Positions 1 through 12,675 of a stretch of DNA of 64,000 bases are shown piece after piece; the stretch's first letter is position 1; the number at the start of each line of letters is the position of its first letter. The position numbers and the translations under genes are program-made. A model generated the notes under the pieces. That model was given only the letters and a program-made list of their open reading frames with translations, was not told the DNA's origin and searched no databases. The stretch covers positions 806,001-870,000 of the forward strand of contig OZ287081.1 in assembly GCA_965645245.1 (NCBI GenBank). Reading direction: 5' to 3'. The stretch comes from Massalongia carnosa (Eukaryota).

Positions 1-1
1 C

Positions 2-1336
2 CAAACGCAAGCTAGGAATGCACAAAGTTTCAAAGGTAAAAAAAACACACGTGGAGAATGTCGCCTCGAGGCCTCGACCAGGAAGTCTTGCTCTGAATAT
101 ATCAGAAAAAGTGTTGGTTTCGCAAGCCCTAGTCTTTTGCAATCATCTCTTCGAAAACAAGGGTCTCGGAAAACTGTCCGTCATATTCTCGTCCTATATT
201 TTGCATTCATCGTTTCCTTCTTTCTCACCTACCGTCTTCCTATTACAGGCAGCATTTACTTCTTTAAAGCGCCTTCTTCTCCAAGATCCAATTTCAGTTT
301 CACTCAACCTACGTTCAATGATATCCTCAACTGTACCCACACGAAGTTTCTCAAGGTGGTTAATTTGGCGTACCCTTTATTATTCGTTCCCGATTCACTG
401 GTGAATATAGACAGTGCTATTCTCGACATTGACCTGAGTATCGGATTTTCAAACTCGTCTGAACGCCTCAAACTGGACCATTGTCTCCACAACTACCATA
501 CGGCTACTTCATCTGTGCGAGGTACTCTAGCAACTTTCTCCATAGGACTCAATTCAGCGCTGTATTGGATGCTTTATAGTACCAACAAAACCATTACAGA
601 TCTCAGCACAGTTACCACTAAGGCTTCGAAATGGAGGATAGTCAACTCGAGTTCGTTTCCCGAAAATTGGCTCACGCATGATCTTACCCATAGCTACTCC
701 ATTATCCATCAGATTATGATCTTTCTTGTTCCTTTCGTCCTCCACCCTTTCATTCCCTTTCACATTCCCTACTCTCAGCCGCCTCCAGTTATTAGCGCCA
801 AGTCCTTTACAGCTTTTCAGTTCAGGGAGAACTGGAAACGTGTCGATTTGACGCTCTCCACAGTCCCTACTCTGATTCGCAAGGCTGGCAATCTACATAC
901 TCATTTCCAAGATCTTCAACCTCACCTCAAGGAAGTTTTTATTAATATCCTGCACTATCATTACCAGGACTTGATAGTGCGCAGCGACTCCGAGGCACGA
1001 GGCCGGCCGTGGACAAAATTTTGGATCGATTATAGTAGGAAGAAGACACAGACGTTACACTATTCGATTAGCGCGGCGAAAGTGTTACTAGAAGCTGATC
1101 GAGAGCTGAAAGAGTGGGTAGAACATATCGAGAAGGTGTTTTTGGCATTGAAAGAGGTACAATCAGACTGGAAGGAAATTGACGAGGCAACGAATATTTG
1201 GATCTCACCCGGCGGAGGCAAAGAGAAAGAGTGGAGATCAGATATGCCAATGGCGCACTATGTGGAGGGCCTGAAGTTGGCCATGGAGGAGTTGGCATTT
1301 CTGCAGGCAACTTGGTCGACACCAGCCGTCCAATGA
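2..1336 (+). CDS. Hypothetical protein, 5'-truncated by the window edge, with a predicted TM segment and a helical C-terminus
   Basis: The frame of ORF 137..1336 stays open back to base 2. It has a hydrophobic stretch (ILVLYFAFIVSFFLTY) but no family motif I recognise. Confidence 0.5.
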   Translation, partial: QTQARNAQSFKGKKNTRGECRLEASTRKSCSEYIRKSVGFASPSLLQSSLRKQGSRKTVRHILVLYFAFIVSFFLTYRLPITGSIYFFKAPSSPRSNFSFTQPTFNDILNCTHTKFLKVVNLAYPLLFVPDSLVNIDSAILDIDLSIGFSNSSERLKLDHCLHNYHTATSSVRGTLATFSIGLNSALYWMLYSTNKTITDLSTVTTKASKWRIVNSSSFPENWLTHDLTHSYSIIHQIMIFLVPFVLHPFIPFHIPYSQPPPVISAKSFTAFQFRENWKRVDLTLSTVPTLIRKAGNLHTHFQDLQPHLKEVFINILHYHYQDLIVRSDSEARGRPWTKFWIDYSRKKTQTLHYSISAAKVLLEADRELKEWVEHIEKVFLALKEVQSDWKEIDEATNIWISPGGGKEKEWRSDMPMAHYVEGLKLAMEELAFLQATWSTPAVQ

Positions 1337-4300
1337 AAGACTGCCTGTCTTGGAAAAATGGATAATGAGAGGAGCTGACATGTGTCATGTCTCGCAGCAT
1401 TGTAACTCAAGTGCTCCTGAATTATCCATGGCTTCCCAGCGTCATTTGCCGCAGTGAGAAATATATTCCCCAAGCTATGCTGTACGAGGCGCAATTTTAC
1501 TGTGACACTCACTAGGCGGGATCTTGACACCACACCACTATCAAGGACTTATGTTCAGAAAAGCCTCATCAATAGATATAAGTATTTAGAGGACGAGTAA
1601 CACTTCTCTGAGGCTTTTTGCCCTGATGATCAGTTGAGATGATTTACGTCTTGACCAGATGAGGTGAAATGAATGGCATTGATCTATAGATGATTTTCTA
1701 GCTAGGTATGCCGCCAGGGGATAGATCAAGAGATGTCTCCGAAGGAAGAAAGAATGTGGGGGATGAAGAATTTTTACCTGTGCCGCGGTGGCAATGTCAT
1801 GTGACGGGCATGTGACGGGCCCGTTGACCAATGTTGGTTAATGCCAGTATAGCTGACATTTGACAACTTCTTTTGCAGCCCCCATCATTGTATATTTCGC
1901 TATTTCTCCATCGCTGAACGATCTACCTACCTATCATTGCTTTTTCCTTGCAGGATCTGATTATGTTATTCTGGAATTTTCCTAAGAGAGAAAAGCTTTA
2001 CAAAACTTTATTCTTGATAACTTTAACTTTAAGTCGTGTTAAGGGCATATCACTGTTGAGGATTCCAGCGCTAGCCATAACAGTCTTTCTTAGACAAAAC
2101 CGTCATTACTACTGATGTCCAGACAGTTGTTATAAAAACTACGGTCTATCTGTTTCTCGGTGGTTGTGTTTACCTTTTCTGCGAGAATCGTTTTCGTCAA
2201 TCTCCTTAGCTTATGCTTCCTCTGAATTTATTCGCTGCAGAGCTTCGTCCTTCGAGTAGAGATTTTGCATTGTCCTTCAAACCCTTGTCTTTCGATGTTG
2301 GTTTTACTGATTAGTATAAGCTCGATGATCGGATTCTCTGCCCTGACGATTTACTATCATGTTTAGAAAAGTTTTTTGTTTTTACATCAGCATTTAACGT
2401 TATAATGCGGCCCTTATGTTACAGAAAATTGCTTATATATTATATTCACTTTTTTCATAATCAATCGCAGAGAGTTGAACAGAATTTATAGCCATTTTTT
2501 CTCAGGATTCATTTACCCAGGGTCACAATAGAAACAAATTCTTCATTTCCACAAATTATCTATTCTTTATACAAGATATAAAAGCCGGCTTTGAAACTGA
2601 AGGTTTGAGAACGCTCGATTAAACGGTTCGTTTTACCTTATGACGTGCAAGGTATTGCATTCCTCCTGCTCGATTTTATCGATTTAATGAATCGACTATT
2701 TGACAGTTTATATGTGTCTCTCCAACTTCAATTCACCAAGATATGCATATATTTGAGATCTCATTATCTCGTCCCTCATCGAGCCGAAGGCTACGCTTAT
2801 TACCAGTCTTATACTAGAAAATCCGAAAGGGTTAAATTTGCACTATCTCCTACAGTGCTCTGTCTAGAACCGTTCCTCATGAGTTGTGGCGAAAAATAGC
2901 CATCTCTTGGAGCAATGATATGTCTATACCGAGAAACTAAAACTTAAGCCTCGACACTTCCAAAGAGTACAAAAGTGATAAAGCTACCTTTGCCGGAGCC
3001 AAACACTACGTCAACATTGCCACGCTGGCATCCAGAACCGCTAAACATCTCCTTTAGCACCCTCAAAAGCATAGCATCCTACCTTGACACTTGTCTAAAT
3101 GCTACTATATGTCTATCGCCAGTATATATATCACGTCAGTTGATCGTTCCTCGAGGTTTTTAGATGATGAGAGTTCTTCTGCGAGTTCGTCGATTCCTCG
3201 CAAATCTTCAACTCCTTCGCTTGTGTGAATTCTTGATTCTTTTGTTTGCACGCGGTGTATCAAACGATTGATTACGCATGAACAACAATGTGTTTGTAAT
3301 CACAATATTTACCTCAAGTGTGACTATTGCGCACAGCAGGAAAAGTCGTATATATCAATAAGTTAAGATTTATCGTTGTTATGACGAAATTGTGGGATAA
3401 TGGTAAATCTTCGATCGCTTTCATCGATTTACGATGAGAAGTTTGAACATGATAGACACTATAAACCTCTCAAATTTCTGTTTAGGAACCTGGAAACGGC
3501 ATCGCTCCCTCTACGCTGATATTCCGAGAATTATATTACTAGGATGACAAGAGTGGCTTCGCCCCTATACCTAGAAGGGCATACTATGGCCTTGTACGCA
3601 TACATGAAAGGCCACCAACACCACGTCCGGACTACGGAAGAAGGTAGTCTATACCTAGGACCATATTGTAAAGATACAGCCCCCAGAGCTTGGCGAGACT
3701 AACCCGAGGCCTTGCCTGCGGGAATCTCCAGCTGCACCATTCTCTCTTCGATATCACAATTAGCAACCTAGATGAAGCGCCGTGAGCGCTCAAACTAAAT
3801 TGATACCGCCGATGAAGTGTGCGGCGACTTTAATCGCATCAAAAGTAAAATTTGCCTTTGGCTTGCAACAACAGCACTATTCTATAACGTGCATTCCGCC
3901 TACGCAGGCGTTCTGGTAAGTACGAAAGGGGGAACAGTGACCGTATCGTTCACCCCTCAGATCGAAGAGCATCCTAAGTTAAAGCGAACTCTGCAAATTA
4001 CCCGACCAGTCTAACGCCATGCCAAGGCTCTCAAGCCCTGGAAACAAGAACCGGCCACAATCCCCATCCTAAGAGGGGGCCAGGTAGGAAGCACAGACAT
4101 GGACCTTGTCAAACTTCTGCTGAACATGGCGTTTTGATACATTATTTCTCGTTTGTGTCAAATTGAAGTGGAATCAACAACTCCCGCGCAACCGATAATG
4201 AAGTTTCTCATGAGCAGCTCCTTCTACTAGCAGCACTCAGAAGGTAGAATACTCTTAGATAGCGGATCGGGCCTTGGGGAACAGAAAAAATGGCCTTCTA

Positions 4301-6254
4301 TTTACGAGCAGGGGAACAGTCAGGATGAATTCCAGTTCTGGACTTTCCAGAGCTGGTGGAAGCCGGATTGCGGGGAATACATGTATGATCTCGGGGTTGT
4401 GGAGAACGGTGAAGTCACGGGTTCAAGGGTTGATGAGCCATAGGTTTGGGTTCGGGTAAGGGAGATAGATGATGGTGGAGAAGGGTGGAGCAGGGGTGTT
4501 GGCTTTCATTCACTGGGCGAATTTTGCCTCTGAGAGGATGGATGTTAGTTAGTTTGGGTGTTTGGGTGGGGGGCGTAATGATTAGTTGGGCGATGAGGGT
4601 GGGGGATGCTTTAGCAGAGGGGGGAAAAGGCGCAGTATTGTGTTGGCAGGACATGTTTTACTTTCGGATTCTCTATTTCTCTGTTGATGTTGACGTTGAC
4701 GAGTTGAGGTGGGAGGAATGAAATAGGGGGAGGGAAATAGGGAGTTATGAATAAAATAGAGAGTAGGAGAGGCGGGATGACAGAAATATCAGAATCCACA
4801 AGAGGAATAAAAAATACGACAATAGTAAACGAGAAGTCTTAAAGTCTAGAAACATAGAGAGCTAGAGACATCGAGACATCGAGACATCAAGGAAAGAGAA
4901 ACCCTTTCCCAAACCACTTCCAAACCCCCCAGATCCAGCTCCGTCATCCTTTCCACTCCCCAACCAAATCATTTAGCATCCCCGAATTAAGCCCCCCTCT
5001 CCACTCTCCTTCATAGCCCGTGCCTGACAGCGATGTAAATGCGGACTTGAACTCGTATCCTGCAGGTCTGTACCACACACGTGTTGGAACGCTGGCGGAA
5101 ATAGGTGGTCAAATCTAACGAAGGAGCATGTCGAGAATGAGATTCCGGTTATCATATATGGATTGAGATCTTGTTTCTCCTCTGAGACATATGCTATTGC
5201 GGCTTACTCGCAGTGGGTTCTTTTGGTTGATACTCTCGATAGCAATTTTAAGCAAGAAGCTTCAGTCCGCGAAGTTGCTGTGTCCGCGTGCGCCTAGTTG
5301 AAATCTTGAAAGTCCTCGATATTTTACTCATTAATCATTTTCCAGCCAGCTCATTTAATTTTGTCAGATGCATGCACGAACTTATGAAGATTTGTTCGGT
5401 TGATACAGGGCTCGACGGAGGCGAATAGAGTTTCGATTTCGATTCTTCGAGATGGGTCTTGGTTCATGAAACTTTTTCATTGGAGGGAGATCACTATGTC
5501 TTTTGGTAAAAGCATAGAGTTTGATCCCAATTGAAAGAGTATTATTCAGTCCGAAAATCATCGTTTTCTACCTAATTGATCGTATCGTGTCTGTCATATC
5601 ACGGCTCCAAAGCGACTCAATACTCAAGATCCTATATCCATGGGGTATGAAGCGTTGATATTCGCCTTCGCATCTGTGAAAACTTTTATGGCAAACTTAA
5701 TATATGAAATTAAAGAAGAAATACCCGCGCCTTACTACTTCTTCCAAAGTACCTGCTGTACAGGAAGCGGATTGGCAGATAGTCTTCCCAAGCAGGGCGT
5801 AAATCAAAAATCTCTGACCTTTGTGAAGGGGTCATGCAGCTTAAGACATCAAGCTTCGGTAAAATAAACATCAGAAAGCAAACGCATCTGTCCCATGATT
5901 TTTGAAAATCCATGGGAGCAAATCCATGCAGTTGCTAACCTTAACCAGGAACCCAAGAGAGCTTTTCGGATATCTTCACCACTTATTTCTTTCCCTCTCC
6001 TTCTCCTCTTCACCTTGCTGATGAAACCGGCGCTGAAGCTGAACACATCGTTTGGCTTACCAGGACTACTTTAACATTGCCCATTGAACTCGAGAATTGT
6101 AACTAGCCGATACTCTCGAAGAAAGAATCCATCGCCATTGTGAGTATCGAGTTTAGAAATGAATATTAAAAGATTAAGATTGAAGGGAACCTGAAAAAAG
6201 AATAATAATTTCTTTCACGTGCACATGCACATGCACATGCACGTGCACGTTATA

Positions 6255-6315
6255 CTCGTATTCACCCCCATTTGCAACACACCCCCATTTGCAACACGCT
6301 AGTTAGTAAGCACCC
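6255..6315 (+). repeat. Left terminal inverted repeat of the transposon
   Basis: CTCGTATTCACCCCCATTTGCAACACACCCCCATTTGCAACACGCTAGTTAGTAAGCACCC, containing two internal direct repeats of CCCCCATTTGCAACAC. Confidence 0.95.
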
Positions 6316-6804
6316 CACCAAAATCCGAAAAACCTTTACCTTTCAGCTTCGCATGCCACCAAAATTGCTAGTAATTGCAAGCCAACTGATGAAGTCGGTT
6401 CGGAATAATCTGAACATTTATTGACCTTAAATATAACCCAATGGCTGCATCAAAAGAACTGGAATTGACCTTTGTATGTACGTTTAAACCTCATCTTTTC
6501 ACTCCCACTTTCCAGCTGTCTGACAGCAGCAGACTGTCCTAATAACTTTCCCTTGACCAATCGATGTCCTCTAATCAACGAGGTCTTCCAGTTTGAGCTT
6601 CGAAAAAGCGATACTGTTGATCAAGAAGGCGTTGCTTGTGTTGGATCGGAGGGAATTTTTAGGATAGGTCCTGAAGTCCCATCAACATCATTTGACAGAT
6701 AAACTCAGGGCAAATGAACTTGTGAAAGGACTATTTATACGTACAGAGACTTTTTATTGGCTAGGAGGAGGAGGATCATGCGTACGAGGCGAGTTTCTAG
6801 TTCT

Positions 6805-8649
6805 TTAATCAAGCCTTTGCGACGGCTTTATTGTCCTACCACTTCGACTGATGCGCATTTCTTTCATTCTATTCGCCTCCGGCCCAATCATGAAAGTCTT
6901 TTTTGGCAATGAATTTCCTCTTGATCGCTTCTTGATAGGACTGGGCGAGAGAAGTATGATTGAACCCGAAGGCGGAGGAAGCATCGGAGGCCTTTGAAGA
7001 GCTTTCTTGATGGGACTGCGTTGTTTTGACTCCATGAATAAATCGGGACTGAGTTTGTTGAAAGATTTCACCAAAAGATTGAACTCTTTGGTCATTTGTT
7101 TATCAATCTTTTCCTTTTCTTTGCTAGCTAGCTTTTGCTCTCGTTCCTCGAGAACCTCCGAATTCATGATTCTAGCAGTACCATAATGTCCCTTCGCTCG
7201 ATTTGCTCTTTCGTGTTTACGACGAGCAGCTACAAGAAGTTCTTCGTTTGTAATCCTGAGAAGATGACTGCTTGCCAACGCGGATTTGCAGGCCTTTCCA
7301 AGCTTGTCGAGAATCAATTGATTTGAGTCATTGTCAGTCAATTGCTCCATCAAAGTATTGACTTGATCAGCATTTGCTGGAGTAAATGCCACTGAAACAG
7401 AGACATCATTTGAACTCGTGACTGTCATTTTCGGAGGCGTAGAAGGATGAGGTGGACTAGGAAGTTTTTGAAGAACTATAGCAGGATTGAATGGAAACAA
7501 CCCACTTTTGGACCAGGCATGCTGAATATTTTGAGTGGACAAAGCTCTGTTTCGAGCCTTTTGATAAAGAAGCAGAAAGTCTGCTTTATCAATTGAATAA
7601 CCAACTCCTAGTCTAGTATACTTCTCCAGTTCCACCCGATAGGCTGTAGACAATGGATGAAAAACACCAACGTCTAAAGGCTGAAGCATGTCCGTTGAAT
7701 GAGAAGGAAGACATAAAAGAATGATGTCTTTTTCCTTACAAAACTGAATCGCTTCTGAAGTAAGATGAGAAGCATGTCCATCGAGAATAAGAAGACGATA
7801 GCGACCTTTTAAACGGCTTCGTGTTTCCGGTTCAAAACACTGCTTTAACCAATCCAGACCGATTTCATTGTTTGTCCATCCATTCTCACTCAGAGCAATG
7901 TGACCACCTTCTTTGATAAATGAACGGCAGGCCTTTTGCTGTTGTTTACCTTTGAAAATAACCCATGGTTTAAGAACCGCTCCATCAGCAGATACACATT
8001 CGATCAGAGAAACCCATTCTCTATTACCGCATTGAGTCAATAATGCTGGTCGATCATGCTTAGAGCAAATTACTCTGAGCTTGCCCACTAGTCCCATAGC
8101 AAATCCTTTTTCATCCATATTGTAGCAGTCCTCCTCATTGAATTTGTATTGATTAAAATTCTTTGCGTACAGCTGAAACCATTGATTGAGCATTTCCGCA
8201 TTATGCATTAAAGCTCTTTCCTTGTCCAATGCCTGACAAAACACAGTATCCAACTCTTTATGACGGGATAAAAATTTGCTCACCCAATTGATACCCAAAT
8301 CGTTGCGATCGTCTCGCTTTATCAGCATTTCTAACGCCATAAAGCGAAGTTGTGTTACACGAGGAGGCCAGCCCCATGCCTCCATTTGTATTGTCCAGTC
8401 CACGAGAGCGGATTCCTCCTCCGGAAGTAATCGCTGCTGCAATAGAGCAGCTTCTTTATGAGTTTTCGTTTCTGCAAGTCGTCTAGTAAGGGTGGAATGA
8501 ATGATACCATGCTTACGGGCGATTTTTCGAACGGATGGCTTGTCTTCGAAAGCTTTGGGACCGGCTTCCCAGTCATTAAATGACTCTCTATAAGCAGCAA
8601 TAGCAAGCTGAATGCGCTCCTCTTTGGGCAGTTCGTCTGCTGAGTTCAT
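6805..8649 (-). CDS. Fot1/pogo DDE transposase (HTH_psq/CENP-B-like HTH plus DDE_1), 614 aa
   Basis: Uninterrupted ORF with SVRKIARKHGIIHSTL (HTH), GINWVSKFLSRH, and catalytic motifs YNMDEKGF, LILDGHASH and LQPLDVGVF. Confidence 0.95.
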   Translation of the reverse strand: MNSADELPKEERIQLAIAAYRESFNDWEAGPKAFEDKPSVRKIARKHGIIHSTLTRRLAETKTHKEAALLQQRLLPEEESALVDWTIQMEAWGWPPRVTQLRFMALEMLIKRDDRNDLGINWVSKFLSRHKELDTVFCQALDKERALMHNAEMLNQWFQLYAKNFNQYKFNEEDCYNMDEKGFAMGLVGKLRVICSKHDRPALLTQCGNREWVSLIECVSADGAVLKPWVIFKGKQQQKACRSFIKEGGHIALSENGWTNNEIGLDWLKQCFEPETRSRLKGRYRLLILDGHASHLTSEAIQFCKEKDIILLCLPSHSTDMLQPLDVGVFHPLSTAYRVELEKYTRLGVGYSIDKADFLLLYQKARNRALSTQNIQHAWSKSGLFPFNPAIVLQKLPSPPHPSTPPKMTVTSSNDVSVSVAFTPANADQVNTLMEQLTDNDSNQLILDKLGKACKSALASSHLLRITNEELLVAARRKHERANRAKGHYGTARIMNSEVLEEREQKLASKEKEKIDKQMTKEFNLLVKSFNKLSPDLFMESKQRSPIKKALQRPPMLPPPSGSIILLSPSPIKKRSRGNSLPKKTFMIGPEANRMKEMRISRSGRTIKPSQRLD

Positions 8650-9226
8650 AATGAATTAATTGAGTTGTGTCATGGACAAGGTGCAGATAGGGAGATATGC
8701 AAGAGTTACTATTAGAAAGCTAGGTCTAGGGATAGTATACAAGACGTCCGACGAAGAGCTCCAAACACCTGAGAAACCACATAGGTTTTATAGCCATGGC
8801 TTCCAACTCCCCTATTCTTGACTTGCCCTCATCTCTGTTCGTTCTAATTTCCTAACCATGATCGCTTTGACCTGTTCCGCCTTTCTCCATGCCGAAGCAA
8901 TCTCTCTCTGCTGGGCAATCCCAGTCGTAGGCTTGGATAGTGGAGACGTTGAGATTGGATTCGGGATGTAGGAGTTTGGGAGTGCACTGAAGGCAGCGGA
9001 AGAAGGTCTGAACACATGGGGTGAGGTTTTCAGGATAGTTCGGAATAACGAGCCACGGTTCTATTCAACATGCAGGGCAGGTTTCACGGCAAGATAGCCT
9101 GTTAAATACTAACCCGATCAGGAAACGTGGGAGGGTGCGAGGTAATTCCATGACAAGTTGACAATGCAGATAGAAGAGGGAGAAATGAAAAAAATTTGAT
9201 ATACCGGAGTTAGCGGACTTTAATGC

Positions 9227-9287
9227 GGGTGCTTACTAACTAGCGTGTTGCAAATGGGAGTGTGTTGCAAATGGGGGTGAATACGAG
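9227..9287 (-). repeat. Right terminal inverted repeat of the transposon
   Basis: Reverse complement of 6255-6315 with one substitution (GGGAG versus GGGGG). Confidence 0.95.
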
Positions 9288-9355
9288 TACATACGACAAC
9301 CCATTTCCTCCACCAAAGAAAGACACACTCCCATTCCCCCGAAATTTCAATAGCC

Positions 9356-10117
9356 ATGGCAGCCCAAGCGCCCATTCATCGCACTCGCGAAAAACCCACC
9401 GGCGACGAAGAAGCCACCACACAACTCAAGCTTGGCGAATTCCAAAATGTGCCTACGCTCACGCTGTCCGAGGCACGGCTACTGATCAACGCGGTAATGG
9501 ATCACCGGAAACAGCAGCGGAAGGTGGACGAGACGGAGTGAGTTTTTGTGTTTTTCTTTCCGCCGTGGAGAAGTGGACTAGGAGGAGGAGATGGGATGAC
9601 GGACGCAGTTGCGAAATGGAAGGAACTGGGATCGCACTCGAGTGAAGCTTGCTTCGAAGATCGAAGGCGTGCTTGTAAGACGATAGGCTCACACACTCTC
9701 GACGCAGAACCCTTATCAAAACTCAAGACTACCTCGACGTCTTCGCGCGCTTCAAGCAAAAGGAAAACATCGAAGCTGTGGAGCGCATGTTAACGTCCAA
9801 GACCGAACTAGAGCTTTTCGAAAGGTCGCAGTTAGGTTCGTTTCTCTCTCTTTCTTCTCACTCCACTCCTTTCTCACATACGCTTTGCGATCATCGTTCC
9901 CCTTCGATTCCTTTCCGAGTGGTTTTCTCGCCCCAGACACGGGGCTTCCCCTTTCTAAACCATCCCCACTAACCCGCCCCACCCACCAGGTTCTCTCTGC
10001 TGCGAATCCGCCGAAGAAGCCAAAACCCTCATCCCCAGCCTCGCCCACAAAATCTCCGATGTCGATCTGCAGGAGCTACTGGACGACATCACCAAGCTGC
10101 GCAATTTCGTCGAGTAA
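9356..10117 (+). CDS. RPB4: RNA polymerase II subunit Rpb4 (exons 9356-9537, 9708-9835, 9990-10117)
   Basis: Spliced translation: GDEEATTQLKLGEFQNVPTLTLSEARLLI...KTQDYLDVFARFK...FERSQLGSLCCESAEEAKTLIPSL...LLDDITKLRNF, with GT-AG introns. Confidence 0.93.
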
Positions 10118-11564
10118 CAAGGCCATCTAGATCTCTAGCGCGCGGGGAGCATGTTTGGAAAGGGAAATAGAAAAATAACAATAAAAATAGCCCTCACGGG
10201 AGGCTTGAATCTGGGTTTAAAGGGGCGTTTTGTGCGTTTGGGGTCGGAAGCCGTTCTGCGTTGGTCGGAGTTGATGGGGTCAGATTGGGCCAAGTCCAAC
10301 TTGTGGGATTTGGGATAAATACGCGGAAGGTTCACGGTGATCAGAGAGAGATAGGAGGATTCTAAGGGATTGTTGTAACTATCACACACCACGAGGGACC
10401 AAGACAAGTCTTCCTTTTTTTTAAAAAAAATAAATATAAAAATAAAACCCCCTTCCCCCCCCTCCCCCCCGCCTCCTCTTTCGTTCATTAACTCTTCACA
10501 GAGCCGACTATTCCTTTTAATTCACACTTACTTCCATTCAAAACCTCTTCCCCTCCTCCCCGCAAAAAGCGAGACTCCCTACAACTACGGTTACTCGGTC
10601 TCATCCCGTCATCGTCGTCTATTGACGCCTAGTTATCCCCCTATCCTCCCAAGAACCAAATCCCCGCTCCCTCTTTCTTTCCGCCTCCTTATCTCTCCAT
10701 CTCTTATCTTATCCCCTGTTTTTTTATTATCTATTCGTTCATGCCTTTCATGCCTTCATCTATATCCACCCGGCTACTCTCCCCTGTTATTTAACTACAT
10801 ATGTACCTCCCTTCGCCGTCTACATGCTGTTATCTACTCACCTACCTACCCACCCATCCATCCCCCCTTTCCGGGAGAAAAATAAATAAACAAATTAATT
10901 AATTAATTAATTAATAGATAAAAATATAACTACTCTTAACCTTTTGCCCACCACTCACACCCAACACCCCCGCCCGCTAACGTCTTGCTCACGACCTCTT
11001 CTCTCGTCTTTTGCTTTCTGGTTTTGTATTTCCGATTTTCCTTTGGGGGGAGTGTGTCTCGGTATCTCTCGCTTTGTGGGTTTCTTTTCATTCATTCAGA
11101 TCAATATTCATACCCACATCTCGTTCTTGATGGCATCGTGTTGTCTATTTGTTTTATCTTCATGTTTTTTTCTCTTCTCACTGTTGTTTTGTTTTCAATT
11201 TTTTCGGATTTGAAGTTTTAATGTTCATATTTAAATTGGAATGAATGAATGATTGCCCGATACATACTCTACAAACATATCCAGGCCACGCCACGAGACT
11301 GGGAAGTCTGGAACTGATGGATTTGCTGAAAATAGACTACAACCGCGAACACCTGTATAAAGAAAATGCTTTAATACATCCGTTTATTTCTATACATCTA
11401 GCTGAAGGAAGCGAATCCACATATGGGAATCCCATCTATTTGATGCTCTGAATTTGTAATAATCCATCCCAGATGTCGAAGTCTGAGGCTTGCCTCTTTC
11501 TTTCAACAACACCTTTCTCGTTGTAACAAATCATCACCATGCATATATACCTCATCCCCTCCGG

Positions 11565-12675
11565 TCATCTCCCCACTCTAACCCCACCGCCTTTCCCCTC
11601 CCTCTGCATAAAGCTCTGCCGAAAGCTGTCCTCGGCGCCTCTGGCCCAACGCGGATCGGCCGGCGCCTGATGCGCCAGACTCCAGTCTCGTATGCGGTTG
11701 AAGACGCGGCAGGTATGGGTGATCTCGAGATGGGGAAGGGGAATGTCGCGCGGGGCCATCCAACGCCAGTAGACGGTGGCGATGTCACCGTGGCACATGA
11801 CGGATTGGCGGAGGGCGTCGATACAGTGGTCTGGTGGGAAATTAGCGTGGTGGGTGAGACAGGGATGCAATTGTGTTTTGAGTTGTGGGAAGAGAGGGGG
11901 GGGGCAAATGAAAACGTGGAGTTGGATTCGTCGTCGACGCACCGAAATGTTTCGCATCTGTACTTGTATAATTTCTTCCTCCCCTTCCGCGCGGAGAGCC
12001 GTCGTCCAACCAGTAGTCCTCGAAAAAATCCCAGTAGCGTTCGGGGAAGAATGCCTTACGAATGGCGTTCAGGCAGTGCAATTGGTGGAACACGTCGAGT
12101 TCGACGACGTACTGATCTTCGGTCCCGGGGATGAGTTCGGTGGCGTTGGGAAGTTGGCGGGCGGCGGAGTAGGGGATTTGGGAGATGCCGACTTGAATTG
12201 GATAGGTTTGATGAGCAGCTGATAGGTGAGGGGTGGAGGGACTCACACTGGAAGAGATCCTCCCATAATGCATCGGTTTCGTCGGTGGGGATCCCTGCGT
12301 TGGGGGACTCGTCTGGTTGCCCCATATATGGACCTTTGGTTTTGAAATTCTCATCAAAGACGCGGGTTTCGTATTCAATGACGTCCTGGGCGGGAGCTAC
12401 GGGTTTGGGATGTGAGATAAAGTGGGCCTGCGCTTCGGGCTTGGATGAATACTCATACAATATATTCCCTGGCTTGGATCTGTGCATGCATGCGGACGGG
12501 TGTAGAGAGTGAGAACGGCAACTATCAATGCAGAGATGACAGTATAGAGGAATAACAAGTGAGCCATTGCTTGAAGATCTCGTCGACGAACACTGGATGT
12601 GTGCTGGCTGGGCGTGGGAAGCAGAAGCTCTTCGGGGTCCTCCACCGTCCCGACGTCTTTTTCGTCCAGATCCAT
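11565..12675 (-). CDS. UstYa-like / DUF3328 oxidase (exons 12675-12459, 12396-12247, 12191-11943, 11830-11565)
   Basis: N-terminal TM helix, YSPAQDVIEYE, and two HxxHC motifs: LDVFHQLHCLNAIRK, and KHFDHCIDALRQSVMCHGD (formed across an intron). C-terminal HTCRVFNRIRDW. Confidence 0.92.

Larger units (their letters stand above)
6255..9287 (-). mobile_element. Full-length Fot1/pogo-type (Tc1/mariner superfamily) DNA transposon, 3,033 bp
   Basis: 61-bp terminal inverted repeats at 6255-6315 and 9227-9287 (1 mismatch), TA on both flanks (6253-6254 and 9288-9289), and an internal intact transposase ORF. Confidence 0.95.

Noticed and set aside
11490..12222. Plus-strand ORFs overlapping the DUF3328 gene
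   Set aside because: Antisense shadows of GC-rich coding exons, with no motifs.
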